64,000 bases of DNA, from the NCBI GenBank assembly GCA_964304625.1, contig OZ199838.1:7861466-7925465 (forward strand), read 5' to 3'. Shown here piece by piece: positions 1 to 13,430 of this stretch. The position numbers and the translations under genes were made by a program. Below the pieces are notes generated by a model, which worked only from the letters and a program-made list of their open reading frames with translations, was not told where the DNA came from and did not search any database. Positions within the stretch are counted from its first letter, which is position 1, and every line of letters starts with the position of its first letter. The stretch comes from Kudoa neothunni. Its lineage: Eukaryota > Animalia > Cnidaria.

Positions 1-1558
1 CCTTCTTGAAACAATTGGACATTGTTTGGATCGTTACGTTCTCCCACGATTTTTTTACAAGTATCAACGCATCTAATAAATCAATTGGCTTAAGTTCGAC
101 ATCATTCTCAACTAAAAATGTAGATCTATGTATTAGATATCTTCTATAAACAGCTTTAAATGAATTAGTAATCCCTTGATCCATAGGTTGCAGAACACTA
201 GTTGTGTATTTAGGGAAAAATAATAATTCAATATTTGATAATTGTAATGGTGAATGGGAACTCGCATTATCAAGAAATAGCACAATTTTTTTGTTCTGCT
301 CTTCGAAATTAGCATTTGATTTAACTAAGTATTTCTTAAATATCTCCAAAGTCATCCATGCTTTCTTACTGGAGAAGTAAGGGACTGGGGTATCTTTCAA
401 ATTTTGAAAACACCTTGGTTTTTCATGATGACCAATCACTAATGGTTCCAATTTTTCGCCTAATAGTGATGCTCCAAATAAAAGCGTAACCTTTTTTTGA
501 TCGCTTTGAGCATTTTGCATTTACTTCAGTAGATAGAACATAATTTCTTCCAAAATCAGGTTACCATAAATACGTTCGAGTGAATATAACGTATTGTAAA
601 ATAGTTCTTAAAAAATTCCAATCGATACTTGTCGATGATTGACATAAATTTAATGTTGATATAATTATTTTTTTAACGACATGTAACAAATTAATGATAC
701 CTTTTGTCGTTTTTGTATAGCTTATATATCTTACTGGGATGTTGCTGACAGAATAGATAGAGCTGTTTCATCAAGGTTGTACACTTGTTCAAATTTATAA
801 TTTTTCAATATATTTTTTAATTGAAGTTTTCAATCATCGACAGTTTCCATGTTTACCATGTTTGCCTCACCATGAAAATTTAGTCGTCGTAAATTAAATC
901 TTTCTTTGAATCCACGAAACCAACCATAGCTCATACCTTCCGCTTCTTTATTAATATTTTTTGCAAATTCATTTCGTTTCGAAATAATTTCCAACGACGA
1001 AATTTCCAATTTTTAGACCTCATCCATATTAACTGCTCAAAAACATGTTGATTAATTTCATCATTTGAATCCTTTTTCAAGGTTTTACGATTTCCCTTGA
1101 CTACTCCGGTCTCAGCGGAGCTCTTTATTTCCTCTTTTTTCAATGATATTCCATTCAAAGTTGCAATAGAAGATAAGCCAAAGTGTTTCACTGTGTGACT
1201 TTTAGCATTTTTTGGAGGCTGAATTTCGAAGTATTTAATAATATTATATTTTTCGGTAAGTGTCATCCATTTATGCTTTCTTTGTTCATCCATATTTCTG
1301 TATTAAATGATACCGGCGCGCACTTTGCATCCCTGCTCCGCGAAAATTAGTGCGAATTATCCATTAATGGGTTTAACTCATAAAATTTTCTTATATTTAA
1401 TAGGATGAAACATTTTTAAGTTGTATAATGTCATAATTAATTATTCTACCCATATATATATATATATATATAATGATAAAAATCTCAAGGCTTATTTATT
1501 TTGGCGACAATGAAAAAAGTGCGAATTTTCCATACTGCGAATTAACCGTCACTCACTG
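1..1558 (-). mobile_element. Degenerate pogo/Tigger DNA transposon (3' part runs off the window)
   Basis: Minus-strand terminus TA|CAGTGAGTGACGG at 1560. ORF 931-1293 is a CENP-B-like HTH. Frameshifted catalytic motifs follow: NLDETAL (~760-780), KAWMT (~355-370), DNASSH (~255-270), QPMDQG (~175-190). Confidence 0.85.
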
Positions 1559-1974
1559 TAACACTAATCCTAAATTTTATTATATCACCGATTTTTACCG
1601 AGGAAATGTCTACACACTAATGGATTTATCTGAAGTTTACCGCGTAAATATTCATTTATTCTAGGTTTTCATCCTATCTGATGATGAAAATAAACATTAT
1701 TGATTGTTTAAGAACTGTAAAATATACATTTTTGCTTTTTATTTAACATTATACCAATAATGTTGCTGATAAAAAAATTTATGTAAATAACTCCAGAAAC
1801 AGCAAGAAACAGCAATCCGATGTATATTTGCTATGGAATTGTTAAGATAGGTGTATTGTTTACAATATATAAAATTGAGATAACTTGAATAAACTGAAAG
1901 CATATTTCGTCTGGGGTCAAGAAATACCCTAGTCAGGCACACGCACGCGTTTTGTTTCGGAAGTTAGTACAGGG

Positions 1975-2178
1975 AAGGTTAAACAAAATGCGACGAAGGA
2001 ATTATTTTCCCTCCAAAAAAACAGACTTTTCTAAATGCTTCCATAACTGGAAAAATTGTTGGAAAAAGTGTGTTGATTGGGAGGGTGAATACTTTGAAGG
2101 GGCATAAAACAAATAGTTATAATTATAGATATTTTGTTATAATTAAAAAATCTCGATACTTTTTGAACAGACCACGTA
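1975..2178 (+). mobile_element. mariner 3' remnant
   Basis: Translates to WKNCWKKCVDWEGEYFEG, a mariner C-terminal signature. It is followed by the TIR-like GATACTTTTTGAACAGACCACGTA|TA. Confidence 0.75.
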
Positions 2179-2292
2179 TAACACTGCTCAAAAATGTTGA
2201 TGACAATTCAAATAATGATAACGCCTTATTATATCAATTAAAAAATTAAATTTTCATTACTGAGCTCTTAAAATTTTAGGATGTAATCTAGG

Positions 2293-2750
2293 ATGATAAC
2301 CAAATTCACACTGTCCTCAGATTTAACAAAAATGAAATTGGTGACTGAAACTAAAAGAGATTATGTGGTGTCAACGATCAAAGAATTAATCAATGAAAGA
2401 TTATCCAGTTTTCAAGATTTTGAGCGGAACGAAACTATAAAGGAATACCACACAAAACCTAATGCTGATATTTTGGGGGATAATGAGGTTGATTTTCGTT
2501 CCAACGGATAGGATGTTGACGAGTGGGGAAATATATGAAAGAAAAGATTTCAATTATTTATAAAAAATCCTTTGGATTACTGGAATGGTTCCAAGTATAA
2601 ATGTCTTAAAAAGTTGGTTATAGAAAACTTTTCGAAGTTTTCTAACAGTTCGTGCATTGAAAGAATTTTTCATACAGCAAAAAATCTAAAAAAAGGATGT
2701 TGCTGCTTGCACGCAACTACATTATCGAAATTAAACTGTTTATACTAATA
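2293..2750 (+). pseudogene. hAT transposase C-terminal (dimerisation domain) remnant
   Basis: ~2566-2670 translates to NPLDYWNGSKYKCLKKLVIENFSKFSNSSCIERIF, which fits the hATC pattern PLxxW...SS..ERxF. Confidence 0.65.
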
Positions 2751-2872
2751 ACGGAATAAATAAAGCTAATCGATAATCACATATAATACAGTCAAACCCC
2801 CCCCCTCCCCCATTATCTGAAATTCTTCGAACCCCAGACTTTCCCTCTCGGATGTTGAGATTTCGGTTAAAC

Positions 2873-3616
2873 CAGTGGTGGGCACCACTTTTGGTTCTGC
2901 GGGCCACATTGGCTCATTACAAAAGCTTGGGAGGGCCGCATTGTTGATTAAATGTTTTCTGGAGAACTTAAATACCTATTGGTGGTTTTTCCAACATTTT
3001 GGGGGTACAATAAAAACGTTAGTGTATAAATTAATTTAGAAAGGAATTAATTTTTAAAAAATAGAAATTTGGTGCTCGGCATACTATTGCAAGTTTCGAT
3101 CGGAATAATAGATTTTATCGCTTTTCAAATATGTTAATAAATTAGATTTTTTTAAACTCGGCGAATGTAATGGAAAATATGGATATGGTTCTTAATGCGT
3201 CAAACCTAATTTACGTATTAGTATCGCATCCTCATGTTTTTCTGCTATTCAGTTATTTTTAGATTCTTTTTGTTGTGAATTGAATCTTGTGTATCATTTT
3301 TTCTGAAGTTTATGACGTGATTTTTTTTAAAGCGCGTATTAGATCTTACCTCATTCACATTTACATATGATAATCATAGGTACGATGCAAGCATAGGTAA
3401 AACATCAAATCAGATAATAAAATCGCGTAAAATTAAAGTTTACAAATCCATTATATTCATCAAAATGTTGTTTATTTATTTGTTTATGGAAGATAAATGC
3501 TGTCTTGGTGTTTCTAGATTTTGAAAACATGTACATGCTCGCGCAAATTTCAGCTGCATAAATCCGTCCGCGAGCCGCACAAAATTTATTCGGGGGCCTC
3601 ACTTTGCCCACCAATG
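2873..3616. mobile_element. Non-autonomous hAT (Buster/Charlie-type) element, 744 bp
   Basis: TIRs CAGTGGTGGGCA / TGCCCACCAATG. Perfect 8-bp TSD GGTTAAAC at 2865-2872 and 3617-3624. Confidence 0.9.
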
Positions 3617-3829
3617 GGTTAAACCATGCTCGATGTATGCGCGTGCAATCCGAAAAATTGGGGGGGGGGGTTGGTTACGTATTTTATTTTTCCCGCAACT
3701 CTACTTTGTTTGTATGTAAAAAATATACTTTTTATAAATTATAATGGTGGATAAACCGTGAAAACACTACTTTATGATACAGTATTTTTAGATCCAATAC
3801 GGGTCGCGCGCGCATAGCGCGGATGTGTG

Positions 3830-5020
3830 AACCCGGGGTTCGCGCTACCAACCCTAATCGGACATTCTGCAAACTTTTTGCCGCACAAAATCGGGAAAAT
3901 GAAACAATTTATCAAAAAAATCCAATTTACATATTAATGCTATGTAAATTTAACATTGTTTCAGTAACGTCAAAATTGTGGCAGCAGCGGGTTGACGTAT
4001 TGAAGACTTCCTCTTATTTGAACCAGACTATCCAATGTCGAACACAACATTTTATTTCTCTTGATAGTCTTGAAAGCTCCGGCAGATGAAAATATTCTCT
4101 CTGTGGGAGCGTTGCCTAGGGGAAGTAAAATAAGTGAAATGCGAAATTTTCCAATTAAATTAAAGTCAAAATGTTCAGAAAACTTTCTCCAAATTTTGAA
4201 TAAACTCAATTTTATGACGTCATCACATCCTAAAAATTGATTCCAATTTACTCCGTTATTTAGCCTGTATTCTTGCCCAGCAAATTCGTTCTTAAATGAA
4301 TTATCTGGCTACATATGAAATTGAAGTTTTTGATATTTGCGAGACTTATTTCTTCTCTAATATTGGTGGGAATAGGTTGATTCATTACAGGATTAGTTAT
4401 ACGCTTTATCGAGTTCATCGTCAATTTTAATTGTCCTTGTTCAGTGTCAATAAGTAACTTCACAATATTGCTTCTGATAATTTTTTGGTTTTTGGATCCG
4501 AAGGTGTTAACTTGGAAATTTTCCATCTCATGACTTTATAATTCGAGTTTTTTTAGAAAGATCTTCTGTGATGAAGGATCTTTCGCTTTTAATGTTTTTC
4601 TGAGTTTGGCAGGATTGCTGACGGACACCGTAACGATGTGGAGTCTTGCTGTCTGTGATTTGTTCAAAAGTGTTGTTGATTTGTTGCGATAGGCGAATCT
4701 TTGGTCGCATGGACTAGAATGATGTGTCTATACCTTCTTGCAGTAAAAACAAGGTTTAATTCGTTTACATTTGTCTATTGAATGATTATTTCCTAAACCG
4801 TTTGAACATCTATGGTTGAGTTTCTTTTTCCTTTCTTCTAATGATGGAAATTTATTACATTCGTCGTACCAGTGGTCCGCTTTACAGTAAATACATAACC
4901 TTTTCCATTTGTTATTTGATATGAGATGCTGTTTTGTTAGGTTCTGGTTTATTTTCGAAGTTATTGCAACATAATTCCGCCGTTTCTCTTGACCGGATAA
5001 TTTTTTCGCGTTCTACTCTT
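3830..5020 (-). pseudogene. Decayed hAT transposase
   Basis: ORF 3970-4209 contains LLPLGNAPTERIFS...KRN (hATC motif). A CxxC zinc-finger remnant LCIYCKADHW lies near 4870-4900. Boundaries are approximate. Confidence 0.6.
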
Positions 5021-5035
5021 AATCAGATAAATATA

Positions 5036-6508
5036 TAGGGTTTCTCAATTGAGCTCGACACCATTTTGGTTCCAACAATAATTCATATTTAAACGTTTAA
5101 ATCACTTAAATTTAATTTTTAATCACGAATAATTAAAAAAAATTATATATATACATATTTCGTAACTTAAAATTACGATGACACTACTATACATGCCCGA
5201 AACATTGTGCTATAGAATTAACGTTTCACAATTAAAAATAATTATTTTTCTTTCAAATATATTTTTAAATATTAAATATTATTATAAGATTAGAGCGTAT
5301 ATCCATATTAAGTGTTGGTATTATTAAGTAGCGTTACTAAATTTCTGGCATAAATAAAAAAAGAAACAACCAAACTTTAAATCCAACATTTATATATTCT
5401 TTATTCTAAGATAATTTCTCCACGAGATGACCTAGTAATGTATCCCAACATTTTGTGGTAGAATCCATCGCATTGTTGTGGAGTAGTTTCTTTAAAGCAA
5501 TCTTTAATGGCCACTCTTAATTCATTTTCATTTTTAGGTTTCCTACGGATGACCAGGTTCTTCCAAACAGAGAAGACATTTTCTATGGGATTAAGAAAAG
5601 GGCTATAAGATGGTAAATACCTTATTAGGATATTTTCTCTAGCTACCAAATCTTTTAATCCCGTGTAATGATGAATTTTGGCATTATCCATTACGAAAAT
5701 CGGTTAATGCACACGTTTTGCTATACAGGAATTCTTAAGCTCTTCTAAACAAATCATAAAGTCTTCCCCTGTAACTGCCTTGCCGTGTATTTTGCTATAA
5801 ATTATTCCATTTTTATTTACAGCTGCGACAACAGAAATATTCCTGTTTCTAGCGGCCGATACGAAGCAATAGGCTGACGTTCCTTTTAATGATCTACCTC
5901 TTTTAGGTCGCGTCACAACAGAGAACCCTACTTCATCAAGGAAAACAACACTCTCATGACGCACCGTCGTTTCCAGTTCCCTGAACATTTCTGCGTATTC
6001 CTTTCTTTTTTGAACGGTGGTTTCGCAGTTTCTTCTCTCTGGCTCTCTCACTAAGTTTTTTTGGTATAGCGAAATTGTCCAATCACCCCGTCGATTGTAC
6101 TGAACGACACGACAATTCCAAAATCCTCATGGACTTTATTTTTTATTTCTTTTCTGGAAATTAGGGAATTTTCGTCTACCCTGCTAATAATTTTTTCTTT
6201 CTGTTCAGGAGAAAGAACAGGTCGTCTATTTCCGCCTTTAGGTTTCGACTCAAGAGTCCTACTCATCCTGAATTTGGACAAAATAGACCGTACTGTAGAC
6301 CGAGGCAGACGCATCTCCGATGCAATATAGGTATCACTCCTCCCCTTTTCAAAAAAAGTTGAACATTTGCTCTCTCACTTCTCAATTCAGATGATATTGT
6401 TTTCCGTTGAACTCGTTTCTTAGGCTCCGAAGTAATTAGAACTTTATTATCACCGGAAATAAAACCATCCGATTCAATAAAATTGTTATTTCTTTCTTCT
6501 GGATTCAT
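5036..6508 (-). mobile_element. IS630/Tc1-like DD34E element, frameshifted copy
   Basis: Four ORF pieces (6263-6508, 6051-6314, 5704-6051, 5401-5691) are collinear with the intact 366-aa copy at 21667 and contain FLDEVGF, DNAKIH and LPSYSPFLNPIE. The terminus TAGGGTTTCTCA at 5036 matches the TIR at 21500. The other TIR was not found. Confidence 0.9.
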
Positions 6509-6958
6509 TGCACTATGAAATTTCTTTGCGACAACACAATTAGGGTAACCAATGAGTTTGATCAGAAAACGTCACATATGGTTGACAGAATTAGAGAATT
6601 TTGATGATAAGACCATTGTCTGAGATACGAAAGAAACATATTCAGTTTACCATATTTTTAATGCGCCGCCTTGCGCCGCCTCGATCGTTTGACCGTATTT
6701 TTTATACGAGGTCTTTTGTTCCTGAGTCTAAGGTTGATATTATATTGGTTCCTTCTATGATATAATTTTCTTAAAAATAAATTTTAAAGAAGAATTATTG
6801 TATGGTACCTATTAAAGGCTACATACAAAATTTTTGGGGAATTCGGATTGAGTTTGTTTTAACGTGTAATATACGGTAGTGCAGGGATACTACGAACTTT
6901 TTGATATTATGGTAAGGTTTCCCATTAATGATATATAATATTGTTATTTATAGTATAA

Positions 6959-9900
6959 TGTAATAGCGCGACCAAAACTATAAACTATACACCGACAACT
7001 ACCGATTATTTATAATACTACATTCCTCCCTCTCAAAATTCTGGTATTTCTTTATGTGATTTCGATGTACCGTAACATTTTTGGTTTCTTCGTTTATTTT
7101 ATAGGTGACTGGACCGCACATTTTAACTATTCGAAATAGACCTTTCCAAATTTTGTCATTTGGTAGTTTTTTAAGAACATAGTCGTTTACATGCAAAACT
7201 TTTTGTGGAATTTTATTTCGTGTATAGTATTTGTTTCTTTGTGTGATTTTCTGCTGTTTCTTGTTGCAATTTGTATAATATTTCGGAGCGTTTGCTTTAA
7301 TTTTTGAATATATGAGTGGGTAGATGCATAGTCATCAGAGTCTCTATTTCTCACCACGGTAAATTTGTTATGCGGTCTACCAAAAGTTAATTGGAATGGT
7401 GTGAAGTTGGTTGTTTTATGCGTATTTGTATTGTAAGTATAAACTAACAAAGGGAGAGCTTCATCCCAGTCATTTTCCCTTTTACATTTGATTATCAAAT
7501 TTTTGATACTTCTGTTGAATCGTTCTACAGCTCCATTCCCCTGTGGGTGATAAGGCGTTGTTAATGATTGTTCAATACCTAAAATTGAAAGAACGTCTTT
7601 CATAACTTTGGACGTAAAATTTTTCCCGTTATCAGAGTGTATTCTCTTAGGTTTGCCGTATAGGTATATAAAATTGTTGAGTAAAGCTTCACATACAGAT
7701 TGTGACGTAATATTTTGAAGCGGTATTGCCTGAGCCAGTTTTGTAAATATATCCACAATACAAAGAGTGTAATTATTCCCGTTCATCGTTGAGTTCAGAG
7801 GTCCGATAATATCAATTGCAACAATCTCAATGGGGTACGAAGATTTCATTGGTACCGTTTCCGCCTTACTACATTTATCACTATGGACTTGGCATGTATG
7901 GCATGATTTGACGAACAATTTGGTTTCGTACTCATAGCCGGACCAATGATATTGGTCTCTCAAGCGACAAAATGTTTTAAAAAATCCAGAATGGCCAGAT
8001 TCGTCATGCAATTTCATCAGTACCTGTTTTCGAAACGATGTAGGAACATATAATTGATTAATTTCAGAGCAATTGGTGATCAATTTTCGGTATACCAAGT
8101 TATTCTTAATTACATATTTATTTATATTTGATTTGTTTCTGCATGATTTTAGCAACAGTCTAGTTTCTGAATCACTTTCGTGACTTGCTCTCACCTGGTC
8201 GTTTATTGATACGTTCATACTTTGGTTACAATGTATCATTCCCTTCAAACGTGATAGGCAATCAGCGTTTTGATTGTCCACTCCTCGTTTGTGGACAATT
8301 TGGAAGCGAAAATCCTGCAAAAATAGTATCCATCTAGCGATTCTACCATGACAATCTTTTTGGCTCATCAAATATTTGAGTGGGTTATGATCTGTATGTA
8401 TATCAAATTCTTGTCCCAAAAGGTATTTTCTAAATTTCTTAATTGCGAATATAATTGCCAAACCCTTTTTTTCATACGTTGAGTAGTTTCTTTCTGCTGT
8501 ATTTAGTGCCCGACTAGCATACTCTATCACAACCGGTTTACCATGGTGTATTTGTCCTAATATAGCACCAAGGACGTAGTCAGAAGCGTCAGTGGTAACA
8601 GTAAACGTTTTATTGAAGTCGGGGAACACCAAAGTGGTTGGTTCTCTCAATGAATTCTTTAAATTTTTGAAAGATTCCTTTTGTATTGTCGACCACTCAA
8701 ATTTTGTTTTATTTTTTGCAAAGGTCATATAATGGATGAGAGATGTTTGAGAAGCCTTTTATGTGGTCTCTGTAGAAATTGGCTAGCCCCAAGAATGATT
8801 TTAACTCCTTTGAATTCCGTGGAATAGGGTAGTTTGTAATAACCTTCATTTTTTCTTCGTCTGGAAGAATTCCATTTTTCGTGATTCTATGGCCCAAGTA
8901 AGTTATTTCTTCTTTCTTGAAAATCGATTTATCTTCATTAATTTCCAAATTGTATTGCTTTAGTATCTCACAAATAAATTTTAAGTGCCTATCATGTTCC
9001 TCCAGTATTTGATTCATAACTCGTTGAAAGAATGCAGGAGCACTCACAAGTCCAAAAGGAATCCGGTTAAATTCATAATGTCCACATAACGTTGAAAATG
9101 CGGTTTTTGGCTTTGCATTCTCATTTAATTCTAGTTGCCAATACCCTTGCTTCAAATCCAGTGTAGTATATATCGTAGACTCTGCGAGTGAGGCGATAAC
9201 GTCCTTCGGATTCGGCATTGGGAAGCGCTCAAGTTTTGTTACACTATTCAATTTCCGGTAGTCGATACATTCGAAATCTCCCAGATTTCTTTTTAACAAG
9301 AACAACAGGAGAAGTTCATTCGCTTCGGCTTTTGCGTATGATGCCATTTTTCAACACAGTTTCAACTTGTGTTTCGATCTCTTTGCGGAACATAAATGGT
9401 TGTGATCGAGCTGGGGTGTATACGGGGGGTGAATTTGTTTCGATGTACCTTTTCGGTAGATCGCGGTGATAGGTGTCAATGGTCATTGTGGCAGTCGTTC
9501 CAATTTTTGTAGTCATAGTGACATTGAATATCTTCAGTAGATCTCTCCCAATTATACAGGGATGTATCAAATCTTTTATACCAAAAAGTTGCACTTCTCA
9601 ATCTTGCCAAAGAGATTGATCACGCAACGCGTGACACCAATAACTTCGATGTTGGCACCATTTGCGCCAATTAATTTGGTTTTACTTTTTAAAATAGTGC
9701 CACTAGCAAACTCCTGGGTGATTCATGAAAATGCAGCTCCGGCATCCAATAAACAACATAATTCCTGCCCATTCATCAGTACTTTGGCAAAGAAATTGTC
9801 ATCCAACGACAAGCTTACTCTGCGGCGCATCATAAGAAATAACATTGTACTTAGAACCATAATAATTCCGACTATGTTTAGAACTAGAAGTTATATATGT

Positions 9901-10535
9901 TAGTTTTCTACAGTCCTTTTTTATATGACCAGGAATACCACAATACCAACAGACTATTTTATTTTAAGTTGCTACTAAACCTTTTTTTGACAGCCAAAAC
10001 TTCCTCATTTCCGCCAATTGTTTCATCGGTGTTGTCCAAGTAGGACTGGCATATAGATATCAGGGTTTGTAGGTCCATGATCGGCATTGCACGAATGATT
10101 GGTTGATATTGTTGAGAAATACAACCAATAACTTTAGGTTTGATGTAAAAGAAAATATCATCTTGGGTCGCGTTGGGTCTAGCACAAGTGAGAATAGATG
10201 TTAGTCGAATTGTATATTCATCCATCTTTTCATCCGGTTTTGTAATAGATGAAGCATAGGCTAATATATTAGTCCTAATCATTGTGATGGGATCTCCTTC
10301 TCCCATCACACCGCTACTTGGAATGATATACCTTCTTAATTGTTTTGGAATCGCCAAGGTTACATAGGAATAAGTTTGTTCCACATTGTACCCTTTTACT
10401 TTAGTGGTGGCGTCTATTTCATCGAGTTGGTCGATTATGGGTTCGTTAAAGTTAATTTCTTTTATTTTCATTTCCTCCAATACCTGTCACCAATGAAATA
10501 GCGCGACCAAGACACGTATAAACTATACACCGACT
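6959..10535 (-). mobile_element. Ty3/Gypsy LTR retrotransposon, decayed (element G1)
   Basis: gag 9959-10471 with a frameshifted CCHC knuckle CWYCGIPGHIKKDC (~9910-9955). Protease LLDAGA (~9675-9700), RT 8709-9347, RNase H plus integrase 7187-8728. 3' LTR 6959-7022 (TG..CA, 64 bp) is preceded by the PPT GAGAGGGAGGAA. PBS TGGTGACAG abuts the 5' LTR copy at ~10494. Confidence 0.92.
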
Positions 10536-10551
10536 CACAGCCAGAGGAAAT

Positions 10552-12164
10552 TTGGCTGCATGCTTACTGCGCACTAAAAATCCCCCAATTATATCCAACG
10601 ACGTGGTTAGTACGCAATTAAGAGATCAGAAAAAATATCGATCGTTAGATGAGAAGATTAAAATAATAAATTATTACGACGACAAAAAAGGATTTAGTGG
10701 CTCAAAAACTAAAACCGTTGAGAAATTTAATCTCAAATCGATATCTTCTTTGAATAGCATATTATTAAAAAGGAGCAGTATTATGAAAGATTTGAACTCT
10801 GGAGACCTGGATCACAGCATAAAAACCTTAAGAAAAGGGAATTTTTCCACGTTAGATTCCAAAGTTAAGGAGTGGATTGAGTTAATGAGAGCTCGTAATA
10901 TCGAGCTCTCAGGGGATGATATAATTAAAAAGGCTAATGATTATTCATTTGAAGTTAAAAAAACAACTTCTGAAGTTGGTAGAGGTTGGTTTCAAGGATT
11001 TGCTTCAAGAGTTGGGCTGAAGAAGAACAAATTCACAGGAGGGTCTAAGAGTGTCGATCCTGAAATAGTTTCCACTTGGAAAGATCAACTGTTAAAGTTG
11101 ATTGACAATTATGACCAAAAAGATATTTTTAATTTGGATGAGACTGGGCTATTTTATCAACAAAGAAAAAGTAAAATATACTTTAGATTTGTGCCACAAT
11201 ATGAAATTTAGTGTATGGTTACGTATTTAAAAAGGAGGGAAACTTGCACGGTTCTAAAAAATCGAAGAAGAGGGTAACTATTGCTGCCATTTGCTCGATG
11301 TTAGGAGAAAAAAGACCGTTATTAATAATTGGAAATTATGAAAAACCTCGTTGCTTTCAGAAGATTAAGGACCTCCCACTTTCTTATTACGCAAATAAGA
11401 AAGCTTGGATGACCAGCTTGATTTTTTCAAAATATCTAACGGAGTGGAATCGCGAACTTTCTCGATGCAAGAGAAGTATCTTATTATTTGTTGATAATTG
11501 TCCAGCCCACCCAACACTAAATTTTTCAAACGTCCAACTCTGTTTTTTCCCATCCAAAACAACCAGTGTATTTCAGCCATTGGATAAGAGAATTATTAAC
11601 AGTTTTAAATGTATTTACAAAAATCATCTGACAAGTTATTTTATAAATAAAGCCATTTCTAATTCCACGGATGTTTCTGATAACAATTTAAGTGATGATC
11701 CTCCACACTTACTTGAAGTTATGTGTATGATTAAAGAAGCATGGCAATTAGTGACTGACGAAACAATAAAAAACTGTTTTAAAAAATCATTCTTTTTTAA
11801 TAACTGTGATTCAGCAGACATCATTCCTTCGTTTGATAGTAATTTACCAGAAAATCAACTTGGAGACTGTGTTGATGAAGAAATTATTTCAATTAGAGAT
11901 CCAGAAGAAGAATGTGTTAAATCGATAAATAATGGAGTCGATGCAATGGATGAATCGTCTTCTGATGCAAATTATGAACAAACTAGCACTATTTGTTCCA
12001 TTAATGAAGTTATCGAACATTTAAATAAATTGATGAAGTTTTTTTTTGTTCATGACCCAATTATGTTAGAAAATATGACCAAATTAGACTTTTCTATTTG
12101 CAACAAAAGACGCGGTTCCCAAAAGAACGATAAAATAACCGATTATTTCAAAAAATCTGTGTAA
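10552..12164 (+). CDS. pogo/Tigger transposase (DD29D), two exons 10552-11170 and 11212-12164, ~523 aa
   Basis: HTH-psq and CENP-B HTH followed by NLDETG, FVDNCPAH and QPLD. Removing the 41-nt GT...TTTAG intron 11171-11211 joins the two ORFs exactly in frame. The start codon is uncertain (TTG only). Confidence 0.85.
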
Positions 12165-12399
12165 TTTCGAATTATTATAGTTTATTCACCTTATATTTCT
12201 TTTTTCGTGTATTTACTATTGATTTTTTCAAGAGATATACGAGTTAACATTAATATGGGTAGGCAACTACGGCTGTTAAATACAAAATACAGCGGCGCGC
12301 GACCAAGATATTTCTCTCATTTTGCGCGCACGGACATGGATACTACGTAATACAGGGGTACTACGCACCTAAATGTTTCGTCCCAAAAAACACGCAAAT

Positions 12400-13430
12400 C
12401 ATAAAATGTTACATAAACGCACAAAACTTCGGAAAATATATCGTAATATTAAACATATATAAGATATGATTCCTACGACAAAAATCAATCCATGTCATCA
12501 TTATTGCATAATCGGCAGAGGACAACAATCTTTTTAAATTTATGAGGAATACAGATGGGCTTGTTGCATTTGTCACACCGAATTTTTTTGGACAAAAAAA
12601 CAACGATTTTTGTAATGATACATTGTATATTGGAATCATCATGTGGACAAGTACCAACCTTTTTATTAAAAATTGGGAAACTTAATTTTTGAATATTGTG
12701 GAGAGAAGTTAAATTGTTTTGACGAATTAAGACATTTGGCTTAATCAATTCAATGGCCAACTCTCGACGGAAGCACTGACGTCGGCTGCGATTTGTTCTT
12801 CTATAATCCGTGAATTTTGTTGTGTATATGATATACGCATTCAATGCAGCTATATCAACCAACTCAAGGAAAAAACGGAGGGGCAATCTTCTAGTTGCCT
12901 TAGCACACGAATACAATCAGGTCATACGGTCACTGTTGTCCACCCCCCCCCCCCCTTTTGTTTGGTTACAGTGCATAATTATCTGGGGCCTTTTGCTGTC
13001 ACCTGATTCAATTTCAGAGTCATGGTGTTCTGTAGATAAGAGTATCACGTTGCGATTTATTGGGGGACGTAGGAAACAAGAGTTACATCGCCAGAGTAAC
13101 AAAAACCGAAGATAGTTCTTGGCGATCTTCTACATCCTGAATTTTGGGTGGAATATATGTATTATTCCGTGTCATTGTACCAGTTAAGGTGATGTTGTTG
13201 TCCAAGAAAAAAGGCGCAAGTGGGGCAGAAATAAAAAAGTTGTCTGTTGTGAGTCCTCTACAAGTTCCATAATATGGTTCCATTAAATCTTTTACTTGTT
13301 CATCTTGTTTAACTTCTCTTGTTCTACCAACTTTTCCCCAAGATGTTTGAATATTTAGGAGATACCAAGTCTTCACATCTATGGCCACCCATACCTTCAT
13401 ACCATATCGTAGTGGCTTATCTTTCATATA
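12400..13430 (-). pseudogene. piggyBac transposase, 3' half, decayed
   Basis: Motifs MKDKPLRYGMK, LTTDNFF, TKGGGGVDNSD, RRLPLRFF...AALNAYI, and a C-terminal Cys-rich CDKCNKPICIPH. Truncated at 13430 by a pogo insertion. Confidence 0.85.

Noticed and set aside
1453-1472. (TA)n and homopolymer runs here and elsewhere; tRNA or rRNA genes
   Set aside because: These are ordinary microsatellites. No RNA gene was recognisable, and the PBS motifs are only short tRNA complements.
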